Positions 37,849-51,921 of a stretch of DNA of 64,000 nucleotides are shown piece after piece. The notes under the pieces were generated by a model. The model did not search any database, was not told where the DNA came from, and saw only the letters and a list, made by a program, of their open reading frames with translations. This DNA is from Tubulanus polymorphus (taxonomy: Eukaryota; Animalia; Nemertea), in contig NC_134033.1 in assembly GCF_964204645.1 (NCBI RefSeq), positions 14,888,655 through 14,952,654 on the forward strand, written 5' to 3'. Both the position numbers and the translations under genes were made by a program. Each line of letters starts with the position of its first letter. Position 1 is the first letter of the stretch.

Positions 37849-40800
37849 GATGAACTCTCGAGATCGACGCCGGCGTGTAATTCTGGACTATTCATCGTAA
37901 TACTGGATACGGAATATCGGTGTGCTGCTTCTAGTTCTAATTTATCTAGAAATCTCTCCTAAAGTTTCGCACGACGCGAGGAACTGCGAGATAGCTATAC
38001 GCGTGTATATACTTATCGAATGAGAGAATATGAAGGACTTAGCGAGAGAGGGAGGATACAGGGAGGGAGAAGGGGGGGCAGATATCGGAAGAGAAAAGGG
38101 GGGAAAAGTTTAAAACCTATTGTGAAGTTGATAGAGAGGCCTGGGAGTTCATTGCTCTATCACTGACCATAGTTTCACCTATGAACTGAACGCAATAAAT
38201 CCTAAAACACGAATAAGCGTGAATAATACCAGCTAATTCTGAATAGTTTTTTATGAGAGTGTATGATAAAGTCAGACGCTATACACGCAGTTTGTAAATA
38301 GGGGTCATTGATTTATTGTGTAGAGGTCGCATTCACATTCATACAGTATAGGTTACACCGATATACTGCATTTTTTAGAAGGGCTTCATAGGATCAGGGA
38401 GATCACCTCCCTGGTAGGATCTATGTCGGTCCGTAAAAATGGAACCTTGCTTATTAATTCATGTGACAAAAAAAACAACAGGCTGTGACAATTATAACCC
38501 TAGTCATAGAGAAATTTGATGAATTTATTGCTGTAGTTATCGATGGCAGATTTAGGGGGTGGTCTCAGGGGTCCGAACCCTACCTTTCGGTTGAGATTGC
38601 CCGGACACAGATCGTTAAAACCGGTATAATTGATACTCTTCCTCTCGAAAATTGCAACCTTTCAGATGTATTTCTTCAAAAGATATCATAAACCCAATAG
38701 AGGCCTTTGACTTTGCTGCTTTATCTGAGAAATGCCTTCCGGACCCCGGCTTCCAATTTTCCTAGATCCTCCGCACTGGTGACCGGGACCCAGTTCCACG
38801 TTTGTGAATTTAGATCTGACTCGAAAGTTTGGGTATAATTGAAAATGAACTGATTTTAAGCTCGGAATCAATTATATTTCGCAAATGAACGCAGCTCTAT
38901 CAAATGAACTGATCGGATTGTCTGGTAACCTGTGTTTAAACCCAACACGGTAAACTCTCGCTTGTATCGCTAAGGACTAACATCGAGAGGAAAGAATTTA
39001 ACAACAGCTCTCATTCTGTTCGATATGTAGGTCAATTACATTACTTATATATTGTGCAATGCTTTAAGAGTTATAGTTATAATGCTGATATTGTATTGTT
39101 ATAATGAATACTGTCTACTACTGCTTAATACTTGTATAAAAACTTACTGCATGAATTCAATCATTATATATATATATATTATACACAGATTATCAAAATC
39201 ATTGATATTCAAAATATAATAATTGCGCATTACATGAAAACTGTTTGTACTTGTTCTCGATAATCACCTCGGTTATTGCCAGGAAATCTAGGGAAAAGTC
39301 GGGGAGTTTTCTTTTCTTCATGGAATTTTGTAAAAAAAAAAAAAAAGCTGAAAGTCATTGAAATTTGGTGATATTGCTAGATCGTGTGTAAAATCTAACA
39401 GTTTCTGTGTATGTGTTACGTATTTGACTGTGTTAATTGATCGTATTCTTAGCAGATCAAGTCAGGGAAAACAACAAGGTGCATGTCGGGGAATAGTCTC
39501 GGAAATAGCTAGTCAGATAAAAGTAGCCATCGTGCTCAGGCTTAAAACCCGGATTCCCAGGTGGGTGGAGGAGAGGATAGAGCGATACCAAAATGTATTT
39601 TTGGCGATACCCTTGAGGTTTGGAGTCCTACAGTTCCCCGGTAGGTGAGGAGAGGACGGATAGAGAGCAAACCCTTGAGGATTTGAGAATCCCACCGTTC
39701 CAGTGGCTCTGGAGAATACCACCGAACCCAGGTGGGTGGAGGAGAGGATAGAGCAAAACCCTTGAGGATTGGAGAATTCCAGTGGTTATGATGAACTAAC
39801 GGCTATGAAAATAGGAGTCTGATCCGCTACCTTGGGCTAAAGAGACATCATGGCCCTGTCTTGAGAAACCCTGTACCTCGCTGAGTTCTGTTAGCCATAC
39901 GGCCCGTATTTCAGGTGGGCCTACTTGAGACTTTGTGAGTCAAGAGTTTAGCACTCTTTGGCAATGTTATCATTGTACTGATGATTCAAGTGGTTATTGT
40001 GTCTCGAAGCCGTTTATCTCTTTGATATCAAAATATCATTTAATCAAATTCTAGCACGTGCATTAAAAATTAACAATGAATGAATGATACATGTATAATT
40101 TAATATCTATTGATGAGTCGAGTGCGGTCAACAACAACCGTTTAATGTTTCCAGACAAGCCAAGATGTTCGCCTCACTGGTACAGCTCCATCCAACTGGC
40201 ACAGCTATCCCTAGCTGTGGCAATGAAGGATTCCACCCATGGCAGGCGAAGGTCCACCACAAGGCGGCGCTAGTAATTATCAGATAATATTTGGATTCGG
40301 GAGCCTAAAATCCAATTGAGAAATGTACACCGATTCAATCAAACCTTTATGAAAGGTAAACGAAGGCTGGACTATATTTTGTCGTTGGGTTTCAAGTTGT
40401 TAGATTAGTGTATATTATGAGTTTCTATAAGTAGCTTTAGCTTTACTGAGATAACAAGTAGTTTTACCAGACAAGGGGATCCTTCAATCCATGGTAGGCC
40501 TACTAGGCCGCGATGTGAAGGGTTCAGCCATCACCTCTCCACGCAGTCATCCAGCCATCTCTGCTTTCTCCTGCAGACAGGATCGACATTCGACATTCCA
40601 TGATCAACGCAATCAAACAAGATCCTGCAGACATATCGATTAAAAAACAAACTCCAAACCACTGGAAATGAATTCTAGAAAATTTGTATTTTTTCACCAT
40701 CGGTATATAAAGTTAACATGAGTACATATATAGTCACTTCGAGTCGCGTCAAAATTTCTTCTTTATATCAAACGCATCGAAAACTGTTTTATATTTTATA

Positions 40801-42171
40801 ATATATATATATTTCAATCTATATTGCCGTGTATTTACACAGATTAACACAGGGTTTTTTTAGAGCCTAGTATTGAATATCACATTGATGAGCAGGGAAT
40901 TTAAACAGTTGTCAACGAAGAGAGTTTAATAGCTGATCACACTTATGAGCGGATCGAGTATGCCACGTCATATCGTGGTGTCATTTTCAGCGATGTCGTA
41001 TACCAGCATTCTGGAAATACTGATCCTGAGGTTTTCTTGGTTGGCGCAGACGCTGGCAACCCACTACTAGCTCAGGGCCCAGTTTCACAAAAAAGTCTTA
41101 ATATCTCAAATTTTGGGTCTATTTGCTTCTAGCTACTTCACGTTTTCCATGAGGACAACAATTCAAACTTAATTGTTTTTGGCTTACACTTATTCGTAAC
41201 ACTCCTACTGGCCTTTAATCTAGTAATTCATCTCTAGTCGCAGAATCTGCACCTTCGGAGTCCCTATACTTTTACAGGGTTTACTTTATCACGAATGAAA
41301 CTCATTTTTGGAGAATCTCGAATTCTAACGAAGTGAAGCGTGATATTTACTATTCTCGGAAACGCCCCAGGCTAGAAAAACATTTCTTCGGAATTACATC
41401 AGCCACACGTGTAATATTCAACGTAACTCGATTGTTTTTTTTTCATATCCTACTGCACTTATTTGGAACACTTTATCGTTATCTCAGCCTTTTAATCAAA
41501 TCAATCAATCAATCATAATCTGTACAAGTCTTAATAGGACAATTTTAAAAAAGTAAGCCAATTTTTTTTCTTCACCAATATTTAATCCCTTATCGTATCG
41601 AAGTCTTAACATTTTTTATGTCCACTTCCCATTGGAACACTTAGATTCCTCATTGGTGGACGCCACAAATCACCGGTAAATTAAATAAATATATATAAAT
41701 AAATGTACATCCATAAACATGATCACGTTTTTTTCAAAACGGCGTCACACGAAAACATTATGCGGATTCATACAATTTTCTGAAATATCACTATTGAAAT
41801 ATATTCATCTGTTTTTTTTTTAAGATATCAAAAATAAATCTTGTTTTCTACCGGTATATAGTCATTATCCCACGTTCCAAACCAGAAGTAGGTAGTTACC
41901 ATAGTAACTTATCGAAGGTGTTCACAACACGCAGCCTTTAACGGCAAGCCGACATATCGATTGATTCATAGATTTTTCTTAGAAATTATCTGATATTAGA
42001 CACACAGGTGTTTGACAAACAGAGTCTAGTCTCCGGAATCACAATGCTTAATCCTGAACCACACTTAAATAATACTCGAAAAGTCGCATGCACTAATAGT
42101 CCTGCTCCGATACTGAAGCCATGCCCAAAGACAGGGAGCTGATTTCCGTCGTCCCCTGTAGCCGTTTCTGA

Positions 42172-42777
42172 TTAGAATTTGTTGATCTCGGTCTGGTATC
42201 TAGTCGACACGTGGTCGGCTGTATCAGTTAACTGATGAAGCACGTGGAATAATCCCTGTAAATGGTGACGGAATGCTCCGGCTAATTGACGCGATTGTTC
42301 GTCAACTTCGGCGAAACGACTGTCGGATTGAATCGATGCGCCGTCCTCGCTTCCTTCGGACTCGTCCTCGTCGTCGGAAGCCGGTCCGTCGACCAAATCA
42401 GTCTTTATCGTATTCAACATCACGTAGAAACTGTACAGATCGCATTTCGACAATTTGTTCATAGAAATCATTTGTTTTTTACCGTTCGTCGGCGGTGATG
42501 ATTTCGCGTTGGCAGATCCAGCCACGGCTGGAGGTGCGGCTGCCGGTGTAGTCTCGTCGCAAACAGGTAAATCCAACAATCTGGAAGGAATCATCACCGT
42601 ATCGTCCATCGCATTGACGGCCGTGACGAATTTATTCATAGCGTTCAATAACGACTGTTTGCTGCTATCTTCCAGCACAGTGTTGAAACGACGATCGGTG
42701 CTGGTTTGAGGAGCTGTTGTATCATCCATGATTAGCGAACGTGCGTGGTGTAGAGGTGGTTCGAAAAGTCCAGGCAT
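42172..42777 (-). CDS. MID1IP1-like: Spot14-family protein (MID1IP1/THRSP homolog), intronless
   Basis: SKQSLLNAMNKFVTAVNAMDDTVMIPSRLLDL, DLYSFYVMLNTIK, FRHHLQGLFHVLHQLT...TRYQ. True start may be the second Met at 42729. Confidence 0.95.
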   Translation of the reverse strand: MPGLFEPPLHHARSLIMDDTTAPQTSTDRRFNTVLEDSSKQSLLNAMNKFVTAVNAMDDTVMIPSRLLDLPVCDETTPAAAPPAVAGSANAKSSPPTNGKKQMISMNKLSKCDLYSFYVMLNTIKTDLVDGPASDDEDESEGSEDGASIQSDSRFAEVDEQSRQLAGAFRHHLQGLFHVLHQLTDTADHVSTRYQTEINKF

Positions 42778-42914
42778 CGGGAATCAGTCGCCGATTAAAC
42801 TGTTCTGTAACTGTCAATGATCAACTACTAATACACTCCATGCTTCCTCGCTGCTATTGCAGCATACACATTGGCTTTGTTTTGGTCTGGGTCTCGAGAA
42901 TATCGAACAATTTG

Positions 42915-43780
42915 CTAATGGGGGTGACAGATTGTATTTGTCCTTATTTCCGTATTGTGATTGGCCATTTTTCAACGACGAAATCGGTGCAATAAATCCA
43001 AATTCTCTTAAGTAGTAAAATCAAGACGATTGAAGCTTAAATCACGTCAAAAACATCTAGAAACGTTCACATTTCTATGGTAATAACAGATTTTTTAGTG
43101 AACCTTCCATATCTATTGGTGCAATGGACTAGTCCGTACGGTATCTGTCGGGATTGTTCGGAAACGCTTACGAAGTCGACCGAATCTAATCACGCTATAT
43201 TTCTAGCGCGCTGATTGGTCGATAGATATTATCAGGTACGAGACACATGGCCTTCGTGTAAAACCTGTTTTATCCAAACATGCATTGACCACTATTCAAA
43301 ACGTGTTAATAGCCAAGCATGAGTACTTGCTTGATCGCCCCACGTACAAACGAAAATTTCTTTTCACTTCGCTTTAAAACTTAAATAGTTGCGAGAGTTC
43401 TAAAAAGCCAGAAATTGCGAAACAATTTGACTCACCCGCTTAGTAATGATATATTGTCAGATTACAGGGTTTTACTCAGAATCAATGCTGATTTTATTAC
43501 CTTCTTCGAAATGTTTTTTATTGATATACATGTATATCTATATACTTTCTGTTACATTTGGTTAAAATCAATCATTAATGATTACAATGTAGAAAATGTA
43601 TTGAACTTTATGAATTTAAAACTCAGAAAATTTCAAATCAATTTTACTCGGTGTATATTAAATGTTTAAGTTTTCAGCAGCGCGTTTAACCGGTTATTCA
43701 ACTCTGGGAGCCGCGCACAGTTCTAGTGCACGCGAACTAAAAACCAGCAGTGGTGTTAGAAACGTGGCGTGATCTCCGTT
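42915..43780 (-). promoter_or_regulatory. Putative MID1IP1-like promoter with SRE-like and CCAAT (NF-Y) sites
   Basis: SRE-like: GTCACCCCCAT (42918-42928, -), ATCGCCCCAC (43334-43343), ATCACGCCAC (43764-43773, -). CCAAT on the - strand at ~42960, ~43115 and ~43214. Confidence 0.45.
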
Positions 43781-46032
43781 AGTATTCAACGAACGACTTT
43801 TTACCAGCCAAAAAGAGGCCAGAATAATCACAGTTAGCGGCAACGCGTTCACGAAATAAACGTAATCAACAGAGCTGAAACAATTAGCCTACAATTTTGT
43901 TCTCCGGGTTCACCAAGGCCAGGTGCGGTTCCTGTGCGTTAACTAGTTCTTTTCCACGGTTCTCCCGGGTTATCTAAACAAACAGTAAATAGTTAAAACG
44001 CTAAACACCTTTTACATCGCTGTAGAACTTTTTCATTACTTGGGGTACGGTTATTCAAGATAAAAAATTGGTGGGCGAAAGGAAGAATACTTTTCTTAAT
44101 AATTATTTATATGGGCGTTTTGAGGAAACAGAAAAAAATGAATTTTTTTTATCATTTGAGCATTTTCCACATAAACATCGGAAAGACTGCAGAAAAAAAT
44201 AAAAAGAAATCAAAATAATGATGAAATTGATTAAAATGATGGAAAAAATCTCGAAAAAAATATATCTCCATTTTGCAATAGGAGCCGACGATTGAATCGC
44301 GGCAATAAAAAACAACATTGTACTTTTCAGCTGGTGCCTCGACCGCTGCTGGGTGTGGATCTGAAAAACAACTCATCAATTTATCGTCTACAGGCGGTGG
44401 GTCATACAGAGTTCGACTGACTGGAGAAAACAAGGACATTTCGTGTATTCAAACACGATTTACCCGATGCACTCGCTAACCAGACACAAACACTCGGCAA
44501 AACACTTGAGATTATCACTTGAGATTGATGAGATATCTGATATCAATTCGAATTGTTCTTTTGCGAAAACAAGAGAATTTATCAGATTTATCATGTATGT
44601 ATTTTAGATTTGGTCAAAAACAGTTCAGATATATTGATTTTCGATGTTAGGCAATATTTTGAAATCTTAGAGCAACGATTTTGAAAGTTGTCTTAAAGAT
44701 GAAATTTGTATTAGCCATAGAGCTATTGGGCAACGATGCTTTAAGAAAAAACAATCAGGCCTAGAATTATTCTTAATTCGCAATATTGTTTATCTTTCTT
44801 TACGTCGTTTGCGTCATGTTTCCTAAGACTAACCCTAATTGTTATGGTTTACGATCCGTTCTAAATCTGGATGACTCTGATTCTAGCTCTGCGTTTTTTG
44901 GACTGGTTTTCAGGGGTGGATCCAGGGTCATGTGACCATGCCTACCAATAAAAAGGGCATATATTCTTAATTTAGGGCGAAAAGGCGTATCAGCAATTTT
45001 TTGAAATTTTACTATCATTTTAGAGCTTTCTGAACATCTCTGAGAGGCATTTAGTCAAGAAACATAGGTTTTATATTAAGGAAAAATATCTATTGTGTAT
45101 CTCGGGTGGTAACAATGGCAAATTTTGATACAGAGATAAAAAGTAAAAAAGCACTAAAGAATTCCGGGCGACCTGGTTTTTGCCCATAGCGCATAAAGGA
45201 TTTTATATGATCTTCGTCAACAATAATAATATTTCACCTTGGAAATAAGTACACAATGACCCCGCGTTTCCCCTGAAATGACCTCAAATCTAATCGGGTA
45301 ATAGATAATCGCTGATTTAAATGATAAAGAATTTTTTTGTGGTGACACATGAAAAAAAAATTCATTTCTGAATTATAGATTTTGGTAATGTGTAGATTTA
45401 AATGCACGAAACGGATGTAGGGATAATATTATTATCATAAGATTATAAAACTGGTTTACGGCGAACCTGCGACTCGGTCGCCATCTAGCGTAATATGTTG
45501 TTGGTTGTAAAAACGATACCGCGCGCGATAATATTGTGTTGTTGAAATATGACAGGCGCGGATGCAGGGGGACCCCAGTGAAGTTCATTACTTGTTCCTT
45601 ATTCCTTATTCCGTTACTTATTGAGAATTCATCTCCCAATAAGGAACAAGGAACAAGTAACTTGCAAAATCCACTGGCTATAAATCTTTATATTTAAGGA
45701 CGAAATTTATTATTTCTAGATTCATTCAGTTGATTTCTGTTGGTTTCGAGCTTGTACTAGGTAAATGCCTTCTTCGTGCACCCAAATTCAGTTGTCATAG
45801 GATCCTTTCTCATCAAAGCGATGGATCCAGGGTTGCGCTGGAAGCACCGCGCGCACCCCTAGATAGATCTTCAAAACATTGTAGGGAGGACCCCAGTAGA
45901 CCGCGTGTACGTACCCTCCGAAATCGTGCCGCTGCTAGGACTGTCGTCTTCGTCGTCATTAATGTAACAAAATGAAATTAATTTAAGATTTATTATATTT
46001 TACATGATCCTTAAGAAATTGTTGAAATAAGT

Positions 46033-49000
46033 TTATACAAAAAATCCACCACTAGGTGATGACGTAAGCACAGATTGTAGTGACGACGGCGATGTGAGAC
46101 TTCCGATTGATCGCGACCTTGACCTATTGATAACGTTGAATTGCAGACGGTTGCCATCGTGATCGATCGTCTGCCATCGATTATTATCCGATTGTTGGGT
46201 GCATACGTGCGGTAGCAGCGGTACCAGACTGCCTATACCGCCGGTTATATTGAACTCTATAGTCACCGAGTCCGATCGCTTTAAAGGTGGCGCTTGTGAA
46301 TCGTGTAGTTTCAGAGCGAACTGTAGATCGTAGTGCGGGAAGGACGAAACGGCGAATAGATAGAAATGCGGGCGTTGTAAAACTGGCTGATGTCCTATGA
46401 TCAGTTTATATAATTCCAACATATCATCCCAATTCTCTTTGGAGACAAAACGAGTGAATCTCACCCGTTCCTTTCCGCAATGCACGACGCGAAACGCGCA
46501 CAGGGGCAAGTCCGAACTCAGACAGAAATAGTCGAGTTTATTTTCATCGGAAGTTCGTAGACCCGACTGATTTAACGAGTCGCTGTGATGTAGACACCAG
46601 GGGGCGCAATTGAAATGCTTGTTTATAGAATTCAGTCTCTTCGACGCGAATAATCCGGGTTCTTTTATGAATACGACGATCGCTAAACTCGGATATTGTG
46701 ACGTCACAGCAGTCGTCGGCGCGCGGCCGAAGTAGAGTTTATGCGTGTAAGTGGAATCCACGTGGACTAACGGAAGTTCCGGTTTCACCCAATTTAAGAT
46801 TTGTCGATAGTAATCAGTGATTTTCGCGCGTTCGCGCGGATGAACCGATAACCGTACACAGGCGCCCCCTACCGGTCGATATCTGACCCTCTCCGCGCGA
46901 TGATCCGTATCACTGATACTACTGGAGTCTAGCGACGAATAAAATGGAGTTCCGGTCCCTGGAAAAATAAAACGATGAATCGACGATCGTTATCAACGTA
47001 ATTAGACGAAATACTTTAGTTAATGACGGCGCAAGCTGCGACACTAAACATACCTTCACTGGAGAACGAAGAGTTGTTGGAAGAAAGACTTCTGTTGCCA
47101 TCTGAGTCTCTGTGACTCCTACAATACATACATAAACCTTACATTAAAATGAGACATGGTTTAATGAATACCGCTGAACCCCTGTTCCGTAGTTGAGTTC
47201 ATTCTCAAACCTCAAAAGAGTCTGTTAATAATAGATCACTCAATGAATATCCAATTTAAGCTCAAATCTGTAGTGCTGTTTCAGAGACAAAAATCTCTAG
47301 CACACCAAGCTTCTCACAAATAGAGAGAATGGGGGAGGGAGACACGACAAACCTGATAACTGTCCATTTCTTCATAGTTTCACTTTCAAAGAAGTCTCAT
47401 ACCTCCCTGTTATAGGTCTCTCTATACAGTACTGCTCTATACTGACATATGCCCCGACCACACTGTCACCGAGCGTAAGGACTCTGGTGACAATGTTTGA
47501 TTAAGATTTTGTTTGTTATCTCAAATATCGACCACTTCAAGTGTCATCCACGAATAAACCACAAATGACTCACAGTCGAAATATTTACTCTCTGGGAATT
47601 AATCGTGGAATAGTTATTACCGAAATTAAGGATCCCGTAGGGTTCTTTTCCGCGGGTTCTTCCTCACGGACACTATCATGTTCCCGCTGTTTCATTTTAG
47701 TTCCCACGATATTTCAACCTCATACGTACAAAATACCAGTAATTGAAATCAGAATTGAAACTTGTTCAAGTGTATAATTTCGCGATTCTTTATTTGAAAT
47801 ATAATGTTTTGTAACAATTTCTCCGGATTTCAATAGAATTTACGGCGAGCGCGGTTTGTGTTCGAACTTTTGTTTTGTTGAAGTAACAAGTCTCAAACGG
47901 GTTCCTAATATCGGGTCGTTTACATACAAAATAATAGGGCCAATTACAGCGAGTTTCTTTGCGAATAGTCACCTGCAACTAACCCAGTTACTGTATTCAG
48001 GATTGGAAATCTGTGTCTCCGTAAAACTCATGTTCTTATGCATATATTTCGTAATACATTTTTCGTCGAAAAAAAAAACTAATATTTCGCTTTGATCCTT
48101 GAAGAATTGGAGGATTACAGAAGAGGTATCCATGACCCTTATATTGAGAGCTCTAAATGATATTTGTTTAACGGAATAGAATAGGAAGTGTATTCACTTA
48201 TGGTTTGTAGACGAATAGATTACGCCGCGTTTTATGTAAAATTATTGATAAAAATCATTTTACAAATATGAAACATAAAGAACTTCGTAATCATGCAAGG
48301 TGTTTGTTGAAAACGAGATATTAATGTAACAATCTACGAGTTTCTCAATACTGAGGCCTCATATACATTAAAAGATATATACTTTTACTCTTTAAATTTT
48401 CGAAAAATTCCCTGTGCTCTATATTTTCTCGATGAACCCCGACAGAACATCGTGGCTGGACGCCTCAAAATATTCTTACAATCACTCAATGAAGGCTGGG
48501 ATGACTGGTCACAGCCTGAACCCGTGGGCTCGGGGCTTGCTGTCCGTAAGTTTTGATAAAAGAGGTCACGCGCGGTATCAGGTCTGAGGACACCGGTTCG
48601 ATATCGTCGCGGGTAAGGGAAATGGGGGAAGCGACTCGCGACCGAGTTCGCACCCTCCCCAGCTCGAAGATTGCAGGCCTTTTCACCGCCGTTTTGATGC
48701 TTGGAAATCCTATCTTGTCCGGAAATGTGTGTGGCCGTGAAGTTCATTTTTGAAAAAAAAAATGGAGTAAAAATGAACCACACGACCACACGCAGAATGG
48801 ATACTAGCCCCTGCCCCTCCAGTTTGGTCGACCCCTGGGGCCAGTTGCATAGTCATGGCTTAGACTAAAGACCAGTCTAAGACCAACTTAGTTCTATAGC
48901 CAATCTAACAACTTAACACCAGTCTTAAGATTTAAGACCACTTTTGGACTTAATAAGTCACGACTGTGCAACTGGCCCCTGATCTCCAATTCTCACATAT

Positions 49001-49164
49001 AGACAGTAACTACATACCGAAGATAAATATATACATTACCTGTAATCCCAGGGAGGGAAGGCAGATTTCCGTGGGTTTTCACCATCCGGATTTAGAGGAA
49101 TATACGACCTCTGTATGAAGTGTGGGATTTCTCTTCTGATCGCTGCGGTTTGCCGTTTCTTCAT
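46033..49164 (-). CDS. FAM124: FAM124 family protein
   Basis: Exons 49164-49040 (or alternative 48747-48389), 47118-47054, 46928-46033; phases 2 then 1 are consistent. Motifs: PSLAIVVFIKE, PWCLHHS, DYFCLSSDLPLCAFRVVHCGKERVRFT, NWDDMLELYKLI, LQFALK, LVPLLPHVC..WQTIDHDGN. Confidence 0.9.
48838..48978. mobile_element. MITE family A
   Basis: Same TIRs, perfect CTG target duplication. Confidence 0.88.
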
Positions 49165-51921
49165 CGTCACTATATATATACCACAACCCGGCAAGAACTA
49201 ACAGTTTGTAGACAAATACGACTAGTTTCTGTTCCTTTTTTCTCTCTAATGAATTAATAATATCAGTTCACACGTTACTGCTGCGACTTTAAAATCCTCG
49301 TGTATATATATGCGTTGCATGGTAATTATAAACCAGTACACTGCGAGGCTTCGGCGATATTGAAATTATCGGATTAAAAATCTAACGAAAAAGCGATAAT
49401 TGCACGACACCAGCTCGTACGACTCCGCGCGCAGTACTATTATACCACCACTATCTCTGATGACAGCTGACAGGTCCTACATCTAAAAACCTGTTCTGTA
49501 TGTATTGTAAATATTTTTATCAGTATTTACTAAAACACGTGTTGTCGTTAGATCAATCAATTTCTCTAACATCCCTTCAAAATTCTATAACGTCATCACA
49601 CATGTCCCGAAGAGCAGAGTTCCACGAGTTTTCATTCGACTGTTCTCTTATGCGTATCCTCTGTTTCATTCATCAGTAAATGACTGTATAATACTAGTTA
49701 CGATAGTTTCTATAATTCTTCGATTTTTCTGAACGGTAGCGTCGTACTGGTGCAGTAATTGTATTGAAACGCAATGCCGGTTCATCCATTGTTGTCGTGT
49801 GAGTCAGTCACCTGCAGAATCCTAGATCGCGCGCTTATCCGTGAGTCACCAGCAAATCTACCATCAGTTGGAGGAGACACACCCCTCCTGTCTCAACACA
49901 GCGTGTCCGAACATTTCCTCATGGCCCTGTAACTCAACACCGCGTGTCCGTACAGTTCCCCCTGCTGGCACTGTAACTCAATAGTGTGTGTCCGAACAGT
50001 TTCTCCTGGCCCTCTAACTCAATGCTGCGTGTCGATTCGTATACGGTTCCTCCTGGTGTGTCAGAACAGTTCCTCCCTGCGTATCCACAATTTATCCTGT
50101 CCCTGCAACTCTACTCCGGCGTGCAGTTTCTACGAACTATCGCTTAATTAGTAAATATAGTAGGCCTACATAGTGGTTTTCCGGTTGTTAAATAAATACT
50201 ATGACATCGTCTATCCCCCTCAGTATCGTGTCACATCCTCTGCCTCGTGTGTACTGCGCACTCGGAGGAAGTGAGCTATAAACTCCCTGTTGGATTCACT
50301 GCCTCCTCTGATGATGCGGGCAATGTGGTTTTTCGATATAAAGCCAATATTCAAATCGATTTCAATAATTAAACACCATCCTTTATTCCTCTCCATGCTC
50401 CCTCTCGTTCGTTATATAAAATACAATTACTTCTGCTGTAGAGACGCATGTTTTTCATTGATAACTTCTCAAAATAGAAACTGTGCTCATATGAATATAT
50501 TATTAATAGCGATCTATATTCGAGAGAGTCTGTCAGTGTCGGAAAGAGTATATGCCGTTCCGAAATGTAATTTATGAGATGATGATGTACGCAGTATTTT
50601 CTCTCTCATTGCGAGCGGGCCTTATGATTGAATTTCCGCTCTCCGGACTATTATCAGATATTGGCACAAACGAACTTAACACCACGCCAGGGATCGAACT
50701 CGGGTCGCACACGACCAATAGCACAAGTCCGCTTGACCGATCGTTATTTTCACGATGCATTATACGTATAATGTTCTCCTAATACAACCGCCTCCCAATT
50801 ATTCAAAATATATTATTAGGTTTTTAGTGACGTAAGCAATGTCAATCACGAGAGGTCTTCGTAACGACAATGTTCAAGACAGATACACGTTCTTCTCAAA
50901 TTTTCTGCCCGCCTTCAATGACGCTCAACCTATAATTTCGCTTTCACAGGTATATGTTTACGGCAGGTAACCACGGCAACCGTGATTACGAGATTGAAAA
51001 AGTTGGGTTTTATCAGTGTGATAAACGCGCGGCCTCCCAGCGGTAACTAACTATAGTATATTTGATTTCAATTAACGACTCATTTTGTCAAGTAATAACC
51101 AATCAATCAATCAAAACCAGTCGTACTGCCTGACGGGGCGCTTAACACCCGGAAACTGTTCACAGAGAGATGCTAATACTATATATTATTTTGAGTAGTA
51201 ACTGTTCAATATAATTGACAACTTCAATATAATTAGTAATAAACAGTGAATCAAGTAGCAAAAATTGCCCGAACCGAAATTGAATCACCCGGTAAACGGA
51301 ACTAGTTTATGCACTTGAGAACGAACGCCTGTTTCAACTGAGACTATGCAGAAAGTGTGTAATCAATTTAATTATGTCGGTTAGTTTTAATTGGTTTCTA
51401 TTTGTTCAGTGGTAATTTTATTTAAAGGCTTCGCGCGTGTGGATCTTTCATTCGCTGCAGATAACATCATCGGGGGTGACCGAGGATCCGGTGACACTAG
51501 GAACAGGCTACATCATTTGTGAGAGTAATTGTTTGCGAACACCTGGACCCCAGTGACTCTAGGAACAGGCTACACCGCGCGCGAACACCTAGACCCACAG
51601 GTTGTGAACAATTCGATAAATTTCTAGTGCTACAGATTTGAGTTAAGATTCTAGATATACATTAGATGGTCTACTATTGAAAGACTCGTTTTAGGTTTGA
51701 AAATGAACTCAACTATGGAACTGATAGGTTCTGTGATATTCATTAAACCATATCACATTTTAATGTGTGGTTTGTAAATCAACTCGGGGAACTGTAGAAC
51801 TGGGTCCAGAATATCGGATTTCCTCTGCGGCCCACAAGGCGTGTTTCATCTTGCTACGTATCTTGCGGATGTACCGTAGTTATTCGAAATATAAACTTTA
51901 TTAATTAGCCGGAAGAGAACT

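Noticed and set aside
42273-42709. Plus-strand ORFs over the Spot14-family gene (and 51846-52268 antisense to the GPCR)
   Set aside because: Antisense shadows of real coding sequence.
44152-44439. 95-aa minus-strand ORF upstream of the MID1IP1-like gene
   Set aside because: No recognisable motif, runs into low-complexity F-rich sequence, no supported splice partner.
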